A stretch of 56,625 nt of DNA, filler included, from Barthelona sp. PAP020 (GCA_040182905.1; 3 parts of 3 records of this genome joined end to end with filler, not necessarily neighbours in it), one strand, 5' to 3'. Shown: positions 12,090 through 23,500, counted from the first letter of the whole stretch. Translations and numbers: made by a program. The notes: generated by a model not told the origin, from the letters alone.

Positions 12090-12618
12090 AAATCAAAAAA
12101 AAATAATTTTTTGGTGGTTGGATCTGAAAAAGATTCGTTAAATATCAATGTGAAATAATGATTTATATATGTTTTTCGAGCATTTGCAAGGGTTTAAATT
12201 TTTAAGAGCAAATATTTTTTAACAGGATTCTTTTTGAAGGAATAATTATTTGTGTAAACATTGCAAATGGAGCAATTTTGGATGGTTTAAGAATTTTTTG
12301 GGGAATGTTGTGAAGTTTTCTCCCAATCTACAAAAATATTTGATATTTCTTGAATATTTTGTCATTTTTGTCCGAAAGAGATTGAATAAAAGCATTCTAA
12401 ATGAAGCTCAACAAGTTAGTTTTCAAAATTTACAATTATCAAACTTTCTGTTTCAAAGAGTTTGGTATTTCCTTTTTGGTTTTCTTTCAATTTTGTGAGC
12501 AGTTTCGTATTACCATATTCATTCGTTTTCATTTCATTTTTCCTGGTTAGAGCATATTTCTTAAAATGATTTTACTGTAAAGAGAATAGAATTTTAACAC
12601 TGTTTCTTATAATTATTT

Positions 12619-13947
12619 ATGGAAAAATTAACGAAAGAACAACATACGTTTATTTATGGGGTGTTAGAACCTTGTCATCCGTTAATAATTGGTATTATTA
12701 GAGTTTTTAAGGCTTATCCTGCTTCACCTGCTTGGATTGATGCTAGTTTAGAGGGTGCATTGGCTTTAGTAATTGATGAAAATGGAAATTATCATTTAAA
12801 ATTAGTTGATTGCTCTAAAATGCTGGTTTCTATGCAAATATTGCTTCCACCAACATTCATTTTTCAAGTTTTGTCCAGTCATTTTTGTGCTTTTCCCACA
12901 AAAGACTGCGTTATAGGTTTTCAGTTTATTGAAAAGGATGAGTGTACAAATTTTTCATCCAAATTATCGCAAGTCATACGAATTCTACCAACACCACCAA
13001 AAGTAAGCACAACGGTTGACAATGATGCAGATGGAATTGTCACGAAAATAAAGAAAAAGCTATTTTCTGAAACAACTACTTCAAAGAGATTTCAAATATC
13101 TGCCCCTATTGGTGAAATGGAACATGTTGCTTCTGTTCAATGGGATCCAAACGGTGGTTTTAGCTTGCAAGGTCTTCCTCCTTCTTGGCAAGAAATGTTT
13201 AGTGAAGCTGGTATTACTTCCAGCAATCTAGAAAACTCTGATGTGTTGTCTGAAGTGTTAGATGTTGTGGCAAAGTATGGTGGTGAGGTTATAAGCGAAG
13301 ATCAAATTGCTTTCCATAAGAAAAAGGAGAGAAGTGATGTTCCCAAACCTCCTTTGACCATTCCAAAACCTAAAAATCTTCCAAAATTACCAAGTCAAAA
13401 TGAAACTTTGCAAAGTTCCACTTCAAATATTCCAACGGATCGACTTATGGGTCCTTCTACTATATCACAGCCACAAGTTTCCAAATTACCTCCAGCTGGG
13501 GGTTTATCAAAACCAGGATCCTTACCCTTTCCAGGATCTTTACCTTCGCCAGGTTCGTTACCTCCACCTGGGTCTTTGCCTATGCCAGGATCTTTGCCTA
13601 CTCCTGGATCAATTCAACCTAAAAATAAGGAAAGAAAGAAAAAGAGACCAATTAAACAGGCAGCTCCAAAAAAGAAAAAGTTAACAATGTTAGAAGAACT
13701 ACAACTGAGGAAAAAAGAGATGATGGAAAGAAAACAGAAGAGATTGGAAATGGAGAGTGGTGACTCTCCCGATATATCTGAAAAGCCATTAGAGCAGGAA
13801 CATGTGAAGTCAACATCTATTAAGCTTCCAGATCTTAGTGAAATAAAAGGTAATAGGAAGGAGCTATTGAGTGCATTGCAAAATGTAATGAAAAAGCGAA
13901 ACAAAATAATTGGTTCCAATGACAGTGGGGATGAAGATGAGTGGTAA
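12619..13947 (+). CDS. WASP-like Arp2/3 nucleation-promoting factor
   Basis: N-terminal WH1/EVH1-like domain, CRIB-like ISAP..EHVASVQWDP followed by LPPSWQEMFSEAGI, proline-rich linker, central helix LLSALQNVMKKR and terminal acidic DEDEW. Confidence 0.85.
   Translation: MEKLTKEQHTFIYGVLEPCHPLIIGIIRVFKAYPASPAWIDASLEGALALVIDENGNYHLKLVDCSKMLVSMQILLPPTFIFQVLSSHFCAFPTKDCVIGFQFIEKDECTNFSSKLSQVIRILPTPPKVSTTVDNDADGIVTKIKKKLFSETTTSKRFQISAPIGEMEHVASVQWDPNGGFSLQGLPPSWQEMFSEAGITSSNLENSDVLSEVLDVVAKYGGEVISEDQIAFHKKKERSDVPKPPLTIPKPKNLPKLPSQNETLQSSTSNIPTDRLMGPSTISQPQVSKLPPAGGLSKPGSLPFPGSLPSPGSLPPPGSLPMPGSLPTPGSIQPKNKERKKKRPIKQAAPKKKKLTMLEELQLRKKEMMERKQKRLEMESGDSPDISEKPLEQEHVKSTSIKLPDLSEIKGNRKELLSALQNVMKKRNKIIGSNDSGDEDEW
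13513..13620 (+). repeat. Coding tandem repeat, 6 x 18 nt (PGSLPx)
   Basis: ccaggatccttacccttt / ccaggatctttaccttcg / ccaggttcgttacctcca / cctgggtctttgcctatg / ccaggatctttgcctact / cctggatcaattcaacct. Confidence 0.9.
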
Positions 13948-13996
13948 AATCAAAGAGTAAAAAGAACTATCAAAAAAATAAATAAAAAAATACATT

Positions 13997-14748
13997 TCAT
14001 ACTTTATTAAATAAAAAGAAAACACCTTTCAAATATCCAACAATCTCATTAGATCCCATTTTGGATGATCCAAAAATACGGTCAACAAACGAGATAGGAA
14101 CTTCTGCAATAGAACATCCATTGATACGTGCTCTGTACATAATTTCCATTTGGAAAGTATATCCTTTTGCAACAACATTCTTTAAAATGTTTTCAAAAAC
14201 ATCTTTCTTGTACAAACGGAAAGATCCAGTTAAATCAGACACTTTAGGTTGCAATAAAGTGTCAGCAACATAATTAGCCACACGAGATGTGAGAACTCGC
14301 ATTAAATTCCAACCATAAACAGAACCACCATGGGCATAACGTGTTCCAGTGACAACATCATAATTTTCTTCCCTTTGTTTTTCAACAAAAGCAGGCATAT
14401 ACTTGGGATGATGAGACAAATCAGCATCCAAAATAAAAATAAATTCTCCTTCAGTCAATTTAAAACCATCCATATAAGCGGATCCTAATCCTAATTTTCC
14501 GGCTCTTTCCAAAAGTTTAATACGATTAGGGAAAACTTCTTGAAGTTTCCTAACAATATCAGCAGTTCCATCTGGAGAATTGTCATCAACAATAATAATT
14601 TCATAATTAATTTTTCTGTTTGTTAGAATAAAGAAAACCAAAAATAATACGCCTCAGTCAAATACTTATCAATAAGATAAATACAAATCGGAAGATTATC
14701 ACTTTCGTTATAAGTGGGACAGATTATTGAATAAAGAGGTTGGCTCAT
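13997..14748 (-). CDS. DPM1: Dolichol-phosphate mannosyltransferase subunit 1; exons 14748-14651 and 14615-13997
   Basis: Spliced N-terminus MSQPLYSIICPTYNESDNL; EIIIVDDNSPDGT, KLGLGSAY, DADLSHHP, SDLTGSFRLY and EVPISFVDR motifs. No C-terminal TM helix (human-type DPM1). Confidence 0.95.
14616..14650 (-). other. Spliceosomal intron, 35 nt
   Basis: gtattatttttggttttctttattCTAACaaacag; removal restores the frame to the GT2 PTYNE exon. Confidence 0.9.
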
Positions 14749-15188
14749 TAAAGAAAAAAAAAAACAAAGAAATCAAACAACATCTTGTTTCCTTTTCAAA
14801 GAGACAGATTTTTATAAAAAATAGTCAAAAACGATTGTTAGATGACAGGATTGGAAATTCTTCAATAGAAATGATTTGTCCTTGAAATGAAAGTATTGTA
14901 AAAATGCTTGCATATATTTTTTTTAAAGAGAAAGGCTTCATTTTCAACCTTCAAGAAAAAAAGAAATTTTGTCAATCTAAATTGCTCTAAAAAATATAAA
15001 TGGAAAGATGTGAAACAAAATCCAAACAATATTTAGGTATGATGAGTTAAGATTGAATGAATTTTCCTGTTTCAAAAGTAGTCCAGTTGTGGAACAAATA
15101 TATCTATTTAGAGAACGAAAACTCTGAAAAGTCAATCAAGCAAATTTCAGTCAATATTTTGGGGGAATTGAGGAAATGAAATGAAATT

Positions 15189-15456
15189 TTTTATTTCCAA
15201 GCCAAGAAGCACTGTGCGTATGAGTGAATAAAAAAGAATAGTTTTTATTTGGTTAAAGGCTTTCGAGGCCCGATTGATCTGTTGAAAAACTTTAGATTTT
15301 CTAAGGCAAAGTTTAAACTTTAAAATTTTGCTTTTGCAAAAATACAAAAAAATAGGAATGGAAAATTTCTCTGAAATTCTCCTACTTGATGAGCAAGATT
15401 CAATTGCAGCCACTCATTTTCTGTGGCTGAGATTTACTGAAATGAGTTTTCTCTGA
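15189..15456 (+). repeat. Repeat copy A (left arm of a degenerate inverted repeat; contains the 47-nt core at 15189-15235)
   Basis: Four colinear blocks match the reverse complement of 15844-16107, and the core matches 54643-54689 at 46/47. Confidence 0.8.
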
Positions 15457-15843
15457 TTACTTTTTCTTTGTAAATAAATATAGTTGTTTCACAACTTGAC
15501 CAATTTTTTTCGAATCACTTATGAAAGGCCAAAAATTTTGGAGAATTTGACGGCAAAGTTTCATTTTTCAAAGAAAAACAAGAATTGAAAATGACATCTG
15601 TCAGAAACAATTGCCTTATATGCAATTATCATTTTTAATTATTTAATTTAATTTTTTTTATTTTTCTTTTTGAACATGAATAAAGTTCTTGTGTTTTATT
15701 CACTGAATTTTTGGGAACAAACCCTATTGAAAAGTAACATCAGTTTGGTGAAAAACCAACTTTTGGCGCTAATAGTCAATTACTTGTGCAGGAACAAATA
15801 ATGATATTCTCTTTTGATAAAAAGCCTTGCTACAACGATAAAC

Positions 15844-16107
15844 TCAGCGAACTCATTCAAGTTAATTTTAGCAAAAGCAAATGAGTGGCTGAAATTTAGT
15901 CCAGAAGATCAATCATGAAAGTTTGAGAAACACTTGCTTATCCTTGTTTTTATTTTTTTGATTGGGCAAATGCAAAAGCAATAAAGTTGACTTTCATTTT
16001 TGAAAAATTGGAAGCTTCAAACGATCAATCAGGCCTTAAAAGGCTTTAGCAAATGAATGTTATTTTTCTTGTTCCTTCTTACCCATAGTGCTTCATGGTC
16101 TGGAAAT
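15844..16107 (-). repeat. Repeat copy B (right arm, diverged)
   Basis: AAATGAGTGGCTG (15879-15891) is the reverse complement of 15407-15419; TGCAAAAGCAA (15971-15981) of 15328-15338; 16070-16107 matches copy A at 29/38. Confidence 0.75.
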
Positions 16108-16242
16108 TACTCTGAATTTGAGTCAATCTGTATTTACTTCCTCTGTGGTGAATGTTGTTGTTTCTCACAGCCAAATCAATTTTTTGTTATTTTGAAAGCA
16201 AAAGGAAAATAAAAACTAATTTACAATATGAAGAAACTGCAT

Positions 16243-17079
16243 CTAAAGATCAGATAAAATTTGTTCACTAACAGAAAAATCCAAATCATTGACAACATTC
16301 ATACATTTAGAAAGATAATCTTGAATTTTTTCATGATTATAGGTGCACAAATCATTCAAAACTGCAACAAGTGGATACAATAAAACTAACAGATGAGACG
16401 GTACACTAACAAACATGGATTCAGCAGTAATAATTGTATTCCACAATAATTTGTATTCAGAATTAGAATTTGTAAGCACTGATTTGACCATCTTTGTGGA
16501 TGAAATGATCATAGAACATGTTGGTGTCGAAGATTGAAAAACAAAACGTAACAACCTCATGCAAGATGTAATCGCATAGTCATTTAAATTAAAAAAAAAT
16601 GTAAAATTCTCCAAAATAGTCGCAAATAGTTGTTCTCTAAATGGTAAAAGCGCAAATAAATTTGTTGTATTTTTGCAATTTAAACTTTGATTACAAAAAT
16701 TTGCCAATGCCCACAAAACAGTATCAGATGCCTTAATTTTAAAATCTACTTTTGAATGTAACAAAACAACAATTTTCAGGAATGTTTCTGAAGGCAAAAT
16801 ATTTACATGGGGAGTGAACCAAAAAGAAATAACTCTTGAACAATGACGCACAACCGAACTTGCATCAAAAAGCAAAACTTCTTCAAATACATCTATTGAA
16901 TCAATTAATACTGAATAACTAATCCTTTTGAAATAGTTTTCATCATATGATGCAACTATTTCCAAAAGAAAAACCAATTCTGAAATGTCTCTTGACTTAC
17001 ATAAATTCGTGATCAAATCAATTACTTGAGGTGGACTTAAATTCGCATACCTTTTTAACTTATTCGAATTATCAATCAT
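16243..17079 (-). CDS. Hypothetical alpha-helical (ARM/HEAT-like) protein
   Basis: 278-aa ORF; helical, Leu-rich; LWALANF resembles an ARM repeat helix. Confidence 0.6.
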   Translation of the reverse strand: MIDNSNKLKRYANLSPPQVIDLITNLCKSRDISELVFLLEIVASYDENYFKRISYSVLIDSIDVFEEVLLFDASSVVRHCSRVISFWFTPHVNILPSETFLKIVVLLHSKVDFKIKASDTVLWALANFCNQSLNCKNTTNLFALLPFREQLFATILENFTFFFNLNDYAITSCMRLLRFVFQSSTPTCSMIISSTKMVKSVLTNSNSEYKLLWNTIITAESMFVSVPSHLLVLLYPLVAVLNDLCTYNHEKIQDYLSKCMNVVNDLDFSVSEQILSDL

Positions 17080-17566
17080 AAAAAATGAGTTCGAAAATCA
17101 ATTTCAATATGACAGAAGAGAAATTTGGAACATTTTGTTTCTTTTTAATACTAAAAATTTACATTGTTTGAACAAATATTTTCTGGTAGAGTGTTTAAAA
17201 CAAAAGAAATCATCAAATTTTAAGAACAAGCATATATTTTTTTAATTAAATGAATATTTATTATCTAAAAAATCTGTCACGCTTATTCAAAAGAAAAAAA
17301 AGAAACAAATTACTTTCTTTTTGGATTTTTTTCTTTGATTTTTTTATCATCAGCTAAAATTGTTGGAAATTGAATTCAATCAACTTGAATTTGTGATAAA
17401 ATTTTCTTTTCTCCAAAAATATAGAAACTTTTGACAACCAACAGAGTTTTTAGACTTTTCTTTGATTTTTTAGGTGTTTTATTTCTTTTTTCTCTCATTT
17501 ATAACTTCTGAAAAATTGAGGGGTTGAAAAGAAAATTATAAATGACTCACACTTCTTATCATTTTC

Positions 17567-18406
17567 ATGTCAAACCCGATAACTTTACAATTTTTAGGGA
17601 CTGGAACATCCCATGGAGTACCATGTATTGGTTGTGATTGTGCAGTTTGTCATTCTGTTGATCCAAAAGATAATAGATTAAATGCATGTTTGTTGATTCG
17701 GTTTAAAGATTCTGCAAATGTTGATAGATCAATTTTTTTAGATTTTGGCAATGATATAAGACATCAGTGTATAAAATATGGTATCAAGAAATGTGATACA
17801 ATATTGTTAAGTCATGCTCATTCTGATCATGTTGGAGGATTAGATAATATTCGATCTTTTCAGGACATAAATGATCCAATACCAATACCAATATATTGTC
17901 AACGCAGTGTTGCTGAAGATATTAGTGAACGATTATTTTTTTATTTTTTTAATTTTATTCAAAAAGGTGGTGGTATTGCTTCAATTGACCTTAGACCTGT
18001 TGAACTTGATGATAAAATAGATATTTTTGGAGTTGAATTTGAACCTTTGTTGGTTAAGCATGGTAAATTGGATATTTATGGGTACAGATTCAATAATATT
18101 GCCTATGTTAGTGATGTGAGTTTTATACCACCAGAAACATTGGAAAAAATGAGAAATTTGAAGTTGTTGATAGTCGATTGCTTAAAATTGAAAGAACACC
18201 CCACACATTTCAATCTTAGGCAAGCATTAGAAGTTGTTCATGAGCTTAAACCTGAAAAGACCTTGTTTACTCATATGTGTCATCACCATCCTCATTGTTT
18301 TTATGAGCAAGTGATGAATGACAGAAATTCCGAATATTTTACCAATTTCGATGTTTCTCCAGCATATGATGGTTTGGTTTTACAGTATGAACGCATTAAT
18401 AAATGA
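17567..18406 (+). CDS. MBL-fold metallo-hydrolase, PhnP-like phosphodiesterase
   Basis: FLGTGTSHGVP-x-IGCDCAVC, HAHSDH (HxHxDH), AYVSDVS, HPTHF, THMCH and AYDGL motifs. Confidence 0.9.
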   Translation: MSNPITLQFLGTGTSHGVPCIGCDCAVCHSVDPKDNRLNACLLIRFKDSANVDRSIFLDFGNDIRHQCIKYGIKKCDTILLSHAHSDHVGGLDNIRSFQDINDPIPIPIYCQRSVAEDISERLFFYFFNFIQKGGGIASIDLRPVELDDKIDIFGVEFEPLLVKHGKLDIYGYRFNNIAYVSDVSFIPPETLEKMRNLKLLIVDCLKLKEHPTHFNLRQALEVVHELKPEKTLFTHMCHHHPHCFYEQVMNDRNSEYFTNFDVSPAYDGLVLQYERINK

Positions 18407-18858
18407 TTGTAAAGCTTAAATTTCGTTTTTATTCTTCATTTTATAATCAATTAATCAAAAATATGTGAACCCCAGGAAAAACAGCAAACAAAAAGAAAAA
18501 AAAAGGTATTTTGAAGACAACTTGTCAAACAGCATGATCTCTAACAAACCAATTCTTTTGTCAGTTTTCACCAGTTGAAAAGATTGTTATTATCAAGTTC
18601 AATTTAATGTTAAGAAAAAAGATAAAAATTATTTTGATTTATTGAAAAAACAGAAAATAAAATCCTTGACAAATCACAATTTCACACGTTCGAAAAGACA
18701 TGTGTTTGAAAAAATCTTTTCGAAAAAAAATCAGAACAAACCAAAAAAATTTCAAATTCATTCTGTCTTTAATGACTTAAAGAAACTGTTTTCCAATCTG
18801 GCCACAGCCTCTGTGGGGTCTTGACACTTAAACTTCATTTTAATATTGGTTGTTCTGT

Positions 18859-18958
18859 NNNNNNNNNNNNNNNNNNNNNNNNNNNNNNNNNNNNNNNNNN
18901 NNTTAATTAATTAANNNNNNNNNNNNNNNNNNNNNNNNNNNNNNNNNNNNNNNNNNNN
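18859..18958. other. Artificial contig spacer (N44-TTAATTAATTAA-N44)
   Basis: Exactly 100 nt; the central 12-mer gives stops in all six frames; identical to the spacer at 37758-37857. Confidence 0.97.
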
Positions 18959-19327
18959 GTCATTAGGCTTATCTGATGGCCAAACCAAAGATAAAACAGG
19001 AGATGTTGTTTTAAACCTCCCACAAATCTTTTTTTTATCTGTCCATTGAGTTCCTAATTCATAAACACAAATCATGTTATCCGTTTGTCCCAATGCCAAT
19101 TTGGTACCATCAGGTGAAAATGCCAACGAAGTAATTTGAAATGCCTTTGGATCTGTACCATAAGCCTGAAATTTAGAACGTAAAGTTGGAACTTCATCAT
19201 ATAAATATACAACTCTTTCAGAACTTGCACATGCAAGACGTGTGTCATTATAGGACCATGAAATAGCATTAAATCGCTTATAATCAGATGATGGATCTGT
19301 TAATGAACTTATATGTCTTAATTGCAT
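18959..19327 (-). CDS. IFT172: Intraflagellar transport protein 172, N-terminal fragment truncated by the contig end
   Basis: MQLRHISSL...ERVVYLYDE...LAFSPDGTKLALGQTDNMICVYELG.QWTDKKKICGRF matches the IFT172 N-terminal WD40 signature ([37 protein letters not shown]). Confidence 0.92.
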
Positions 19328-19368
19328 TTAAAAAAATAATATTATATTTATCCAAAAGAATTTTTTTT

Positions 19369-20404
19369 ATGTCTGTGTTACCTTCAGGATTAGGAAATCT
19401 TAGAACCTACGATAAGTTACAGTGGGTATTTGTTAGTGGAAAAGGAGGTATTGATTGGTTTATTTTGTTGTTTCTAATGTTTAGGTGTTGGTAAATCAAC
19501 ACTTTCTTCATCTATTGGTGTTATGTTGGCTGAAAGTGGTAAAGAAGTACTTGTTGTTTCAACAGACCCGGCTCATTCGATATCTGATGTTTTTTCTCAA
19601 TCTATCGACACAAAACCCACAAAAATTCATGGTTTTGGGACTAAATTATATGCAATGGAATTGGATTGGAAGTCCCAAAGGGAAGAATCTCAATTGAATT
19701 CATCAAATGATTTGATCAATTCAATTTTTTCTTTAGATTTTTCGACATTCGGTGATTTTGTTTTTTTAACGTTTCTCTTGCAGACCATTGAACTTGATAA
19801 TTATGATGTGATTGTTTTTGATACGGCCCCAACTGGACAAACGTTGAAGTTGCTCAATACTCCTTCAACAATGGAATCATTATCCAATACCATATATGGG
19901 CATCCTTTATTTAAATCATTATTTTCTATGGTTGAAAAGTTCATAAATGCTGGTGATGATACTGAATCCCAACAAGAACCAGACAAATTGATTGATCCAG
20001 TAAAAATAAAAGAAGTTCAAGCAATTTTATCTGATCCTGAACGTTGTACAGTTGTTGCTGTTGGTCTTCCAGAATTGCCTTCATTGTATGAAATTGAAAG
20101 ATTTATGATGGAATTGGTTGAGAGAAATATGGATGTTTCTCATTTAATTGTTAATAGAGTAATGATCCTTGATGAAGAATTAGGTAATTGTCAGTGCAAA
20201 TATTGTAAAGTTCGAATGGAACAACATATCAATTATGTGACCCAATATTTGGAACTTTATGGAGATTCAATACCGATCACATGTATCAGAGAAACGTTGG
20301 AAGAACCTATTGGTATTGATATGTTGAAACGAATTAGTTGTAATTTGTTGGAAGAACCTCAAAAATTAAAGGAAATTTATGACCCGGTGAGAAGTCAATT
20401 ATAA
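19369..20404 (+). CDS. GET3: Get3/ArsA (TRC40/ASNA1)-family ATPase; exons 19369-19447 and 19485-20404
   Basis: Splicing restores the P-loop GKGGVGKST; STDPAH, FDTAPTG, LYEIER, LIVN and CxxC (CKYC) motifs follow. Confidence 0.88.
19448..19484 (+). other. Spliceosomal intron, 37 nt, interrupting the P-loop
   Basis: gtattgattgg...tttCTAATgtttag; removal gives GGA G|GT GTT GGT AAA. Confidence 0.92.
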
Positions 20405-20539
20405 ATTTTTGAAATTCTTTATTTTTCTTTGCTTGGTTGCCCATTTTTCCAAAAAGTTTTTTTTTTTTTCGTTGAAAGTGAATTCAGGAAGAAAAATGAA
20501 AAGAATTTATTTACTTAAAAAAGCGTCTATTGTGTGCTA

Positions 20540-23500
20540 TTATTGAGGTTCTTTTTTCTTTGGCTGGCTTTCTTTTGATGGAGGAGCCTTTTGATCTGAT
20601 TTGGAGTTTTTCTTGACCTTTTTCTTTTTTGACTTGATGATGCTCTTGAAACATGCTGGAATGATTCCGACGTTCATCTCGAACTGGTGGAACTTTGTGA
20701 ATGACTTTACGATTGCACTGATTCTTGCAGTAATTTGAATGTTCTTGATTTCCTGTGCATAAACTGCAACATCTTGATGTAAACATTGTTCAGAAATAGA
20801 TTTGCCCTTTCTGACTCTGTTGATTATGTAATAGAAGGGTAGGGTTGGGTCTTGAATGTACTGTTCGGCTATTTTGATTGTTGTTGGTAAACCATATTTA
20901 GCCACTGCCGCAAACAAAGCCCAATCTGCAATTGCGGGACAATTGTGGAATTGACTGATCAATCTGATATCTGATTCGGCAACCAACTTCATTGGGACTT
21001 TGTCAGAAATCATTGCAGGACTCCACCATTTGGGAAGATTGTAATTGACAGAATTGTCACTGAACTGAATGGAAACACGTCTCCAGAAAGTATGGGACAA
21101 CTGAGATAATTGTTCTGAAAATACCAGACGGGATAACGCAATAGCCTTGGAGAATCTGATGGCTTCGTTCAAAGAGTGAATGAATGCGGTCTTTTGTAAA
21201 ATTTTGGGCAACTGAACGATCAAAATCTTTCTTTTTTCTTGTTCTTTAATCTGTCGGTGAATCTCACTTACATTCAACAATAAAGCATATGCATGCTCTA
21301 ATTCAAATGTTGGAAAATTCAAGTTACATTTATTCCAATCAAAAGTGGGCTGTTCGAATGGAGGAATTACTGGATAATGTTTAATGGTGTTCTTTTGAAA
21401 TCCAAATTCACCGATGTAGTCGATGAGCGTGGAAATATGGTTTTCTGTCCAGTTCTTCATTTCTTTTGCATCAGTCATTCGCTCTTCAGTTAAATATAGC
21501 GCTGATAATAATGATAACGCTCTACTGTGAACTTCTTCGTACAAACGGGCCTTCGCTGCAAGCTTTAGCTCATCTTCCGATTGCTGATTGTTCGTAAGCC
21601 CATTGATGTATTTTTCAAACTTTTGCAGATTTGCAATAGCATCCTTCTTCACATCTGCTGATCCACTGGACGCTAAAGACTCAGCCAACTTTTCTTGATA
21701 CTTGCTACGCCTTTCACAAAACAGTTTGTACAGCTTCTCTTCATTCGCAGCAAGCATATTTTGGTCGAAACCAAGAATTTCTGAATACAATATTTCTTCA
21801 TAGTGGTCGTACCCGTAATTGAAAATACCAACCAAAAGACGCTTATCACAATCATACGTCCAACCGTTGGAGCCGTTTTCATCATCAAAGGGACCTCCGG
21901 GGATCATTTTGGAGGTCTTTTTGTCAAGTGACTTGACATACTTGTCATCAAAAGGATATGGAAGCTCCAGTCTTTCAATTAAAACCTTAATAATTTCATC
22001 ATTAGACATCGTTTGATCGCAGTATTGTTTTGCTGATGCACGTATGTGTTTATTCAAACTGTTCAAGTGTTTAATTCGTAATGAATATGCTTTCGAACCA
22101 ACCCTCAATTTTCTGAGGAATGAACTGTCAGACAAAACTTCGTCAGCCAATCTTGGTCTGGTCTTCTTTGGTTTTACAATAATCTCCTCATTTTTTGCTT
22201 CCTCTTTTTCTTTTTCATCTGTCTTTTCAATTGGCTCTTGAGTTGTTTCTTCTTTCGCCTTTTCCTTTTGGGAATCAAACAAATCATAGTATTCCATCAA
22301 AGCTTTAATGTTATCGCAAACAACTTTAATGTCGTTCAAATCCAGGTTTTCCAAAAAGGACGCCTTGAATTCACTAAATCTTTCACCAAACATCAACAGA
22401 TTTTTGAAAAACAAATCTCGCTTTGGAGATGTCCAGCCGTTTTCATTCTGAACATTCTGTGCCTCTTCATCTGTCGATCCTTCACCCTCCTTGACGTGGG
22501 AGATACGTTTTCTCTTTGAATGCAATTTTCTTTCAGTCTTGCTTTGTCCTCTAACCTGCAGTTGCAATTTTCTCAGTTCCTTCAGAATGTAATGCTGATG
22601 AATATCCTCCTTTTTGCGCATTCTTGCTCCAACTTTGAACCAATTATCTACATCCGTCGTTTCCAGATCAACCAATCCAAGACGAGCGTCTTTTGCTTTT
22701 TCCTTCAACATGCGTGCCTCTTTTTCCTTTTCTTTCTTTCTGCGGTTGCGCTCCATGCGACTTTCGCTGCGTCTGTCGACAACTTCTTCAGCCTCAAGAC
22801 TCACAAAGAAGTGGTCTTCATGACGTTTTTCACGCAACCTGTACATCTTTTTCATATGTGACAGGCGTCCACCAGACATGAAGTCCTTGTATTCCTTTTC
22901 GAACTCGAGTTTCCACAATTCTTCTGAATTCCATGAATCCAAAACCTGAGCCAGGTCTTTTTCATCCTCAACTGCGTTTTCATCGTCTTCAACCTTTACG
23001 TTTTCGGCTTCGTTTGCTTTTGCTTCATCTGCTTTTGCTTCATCTGTCTCTTCTTTTGGAACGATCTCTTGCTTGACATCTTTCACATCCATTGACTCAA
23101 CATCAAGACCATCAACATCAAGGCTATTGGCAGTTTCCGACTTGATACCGTTCGCAGCTGTGTTCTCAGCGTTTTTCCATCGGGCTCTAACTTTTGCAAG
23201 AAGACGAACAAAGTTGTTTTCATAGGTCTGATAGTTCAATCTCTCAACACTTCCTGAACGATAGATTACCTGCTCTTGATTCAGAATGAAGTCATTGAAG
23301 ACAGCCTCGTTGTTGAACTGCTCAAATATTCCCGAAGAGTTTCCAAATTCATTGGATTCGTCTGTCAAGCATAAAATACCATATTTAATCAACAAATCTA
23401 ACCCAGTTTCTGCTAATTCTTTCTGATTAAACTGTTTGTTCTCTCCAGAAGCCAAGTCCTTTTCCAATTCAAGCTTTGTCAACGATCTTCTGATCAATTG

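Noticed and set aside
15039..15127. C/D-box snoRNA candidate (ATGATGA...CTGA)
   Set aside because: No terminal stem or recognisable rRNA guide; such boxes arise often by chance in AT-rich DNA.
15193..15228. Antisense translation FTHTHSASWLGN resembling the IS630 transposase motif TPxxASWLN
   Set aside because: Spacing and following residues do not fit, no DDE context is readable, and the flanking frames are closed.
17541..17551. AATGACTCACA (AP-1/GCN4-like), also at 9761
   Set aside because: Only two copies, one between convergent 3' ends; not distinguishable from chance.
18903..18914. Palindromic TTAATTAATTAA inside N runs (also 37802-37813)
   Set aside because: Assembly linker with stops in six frames; not biological.
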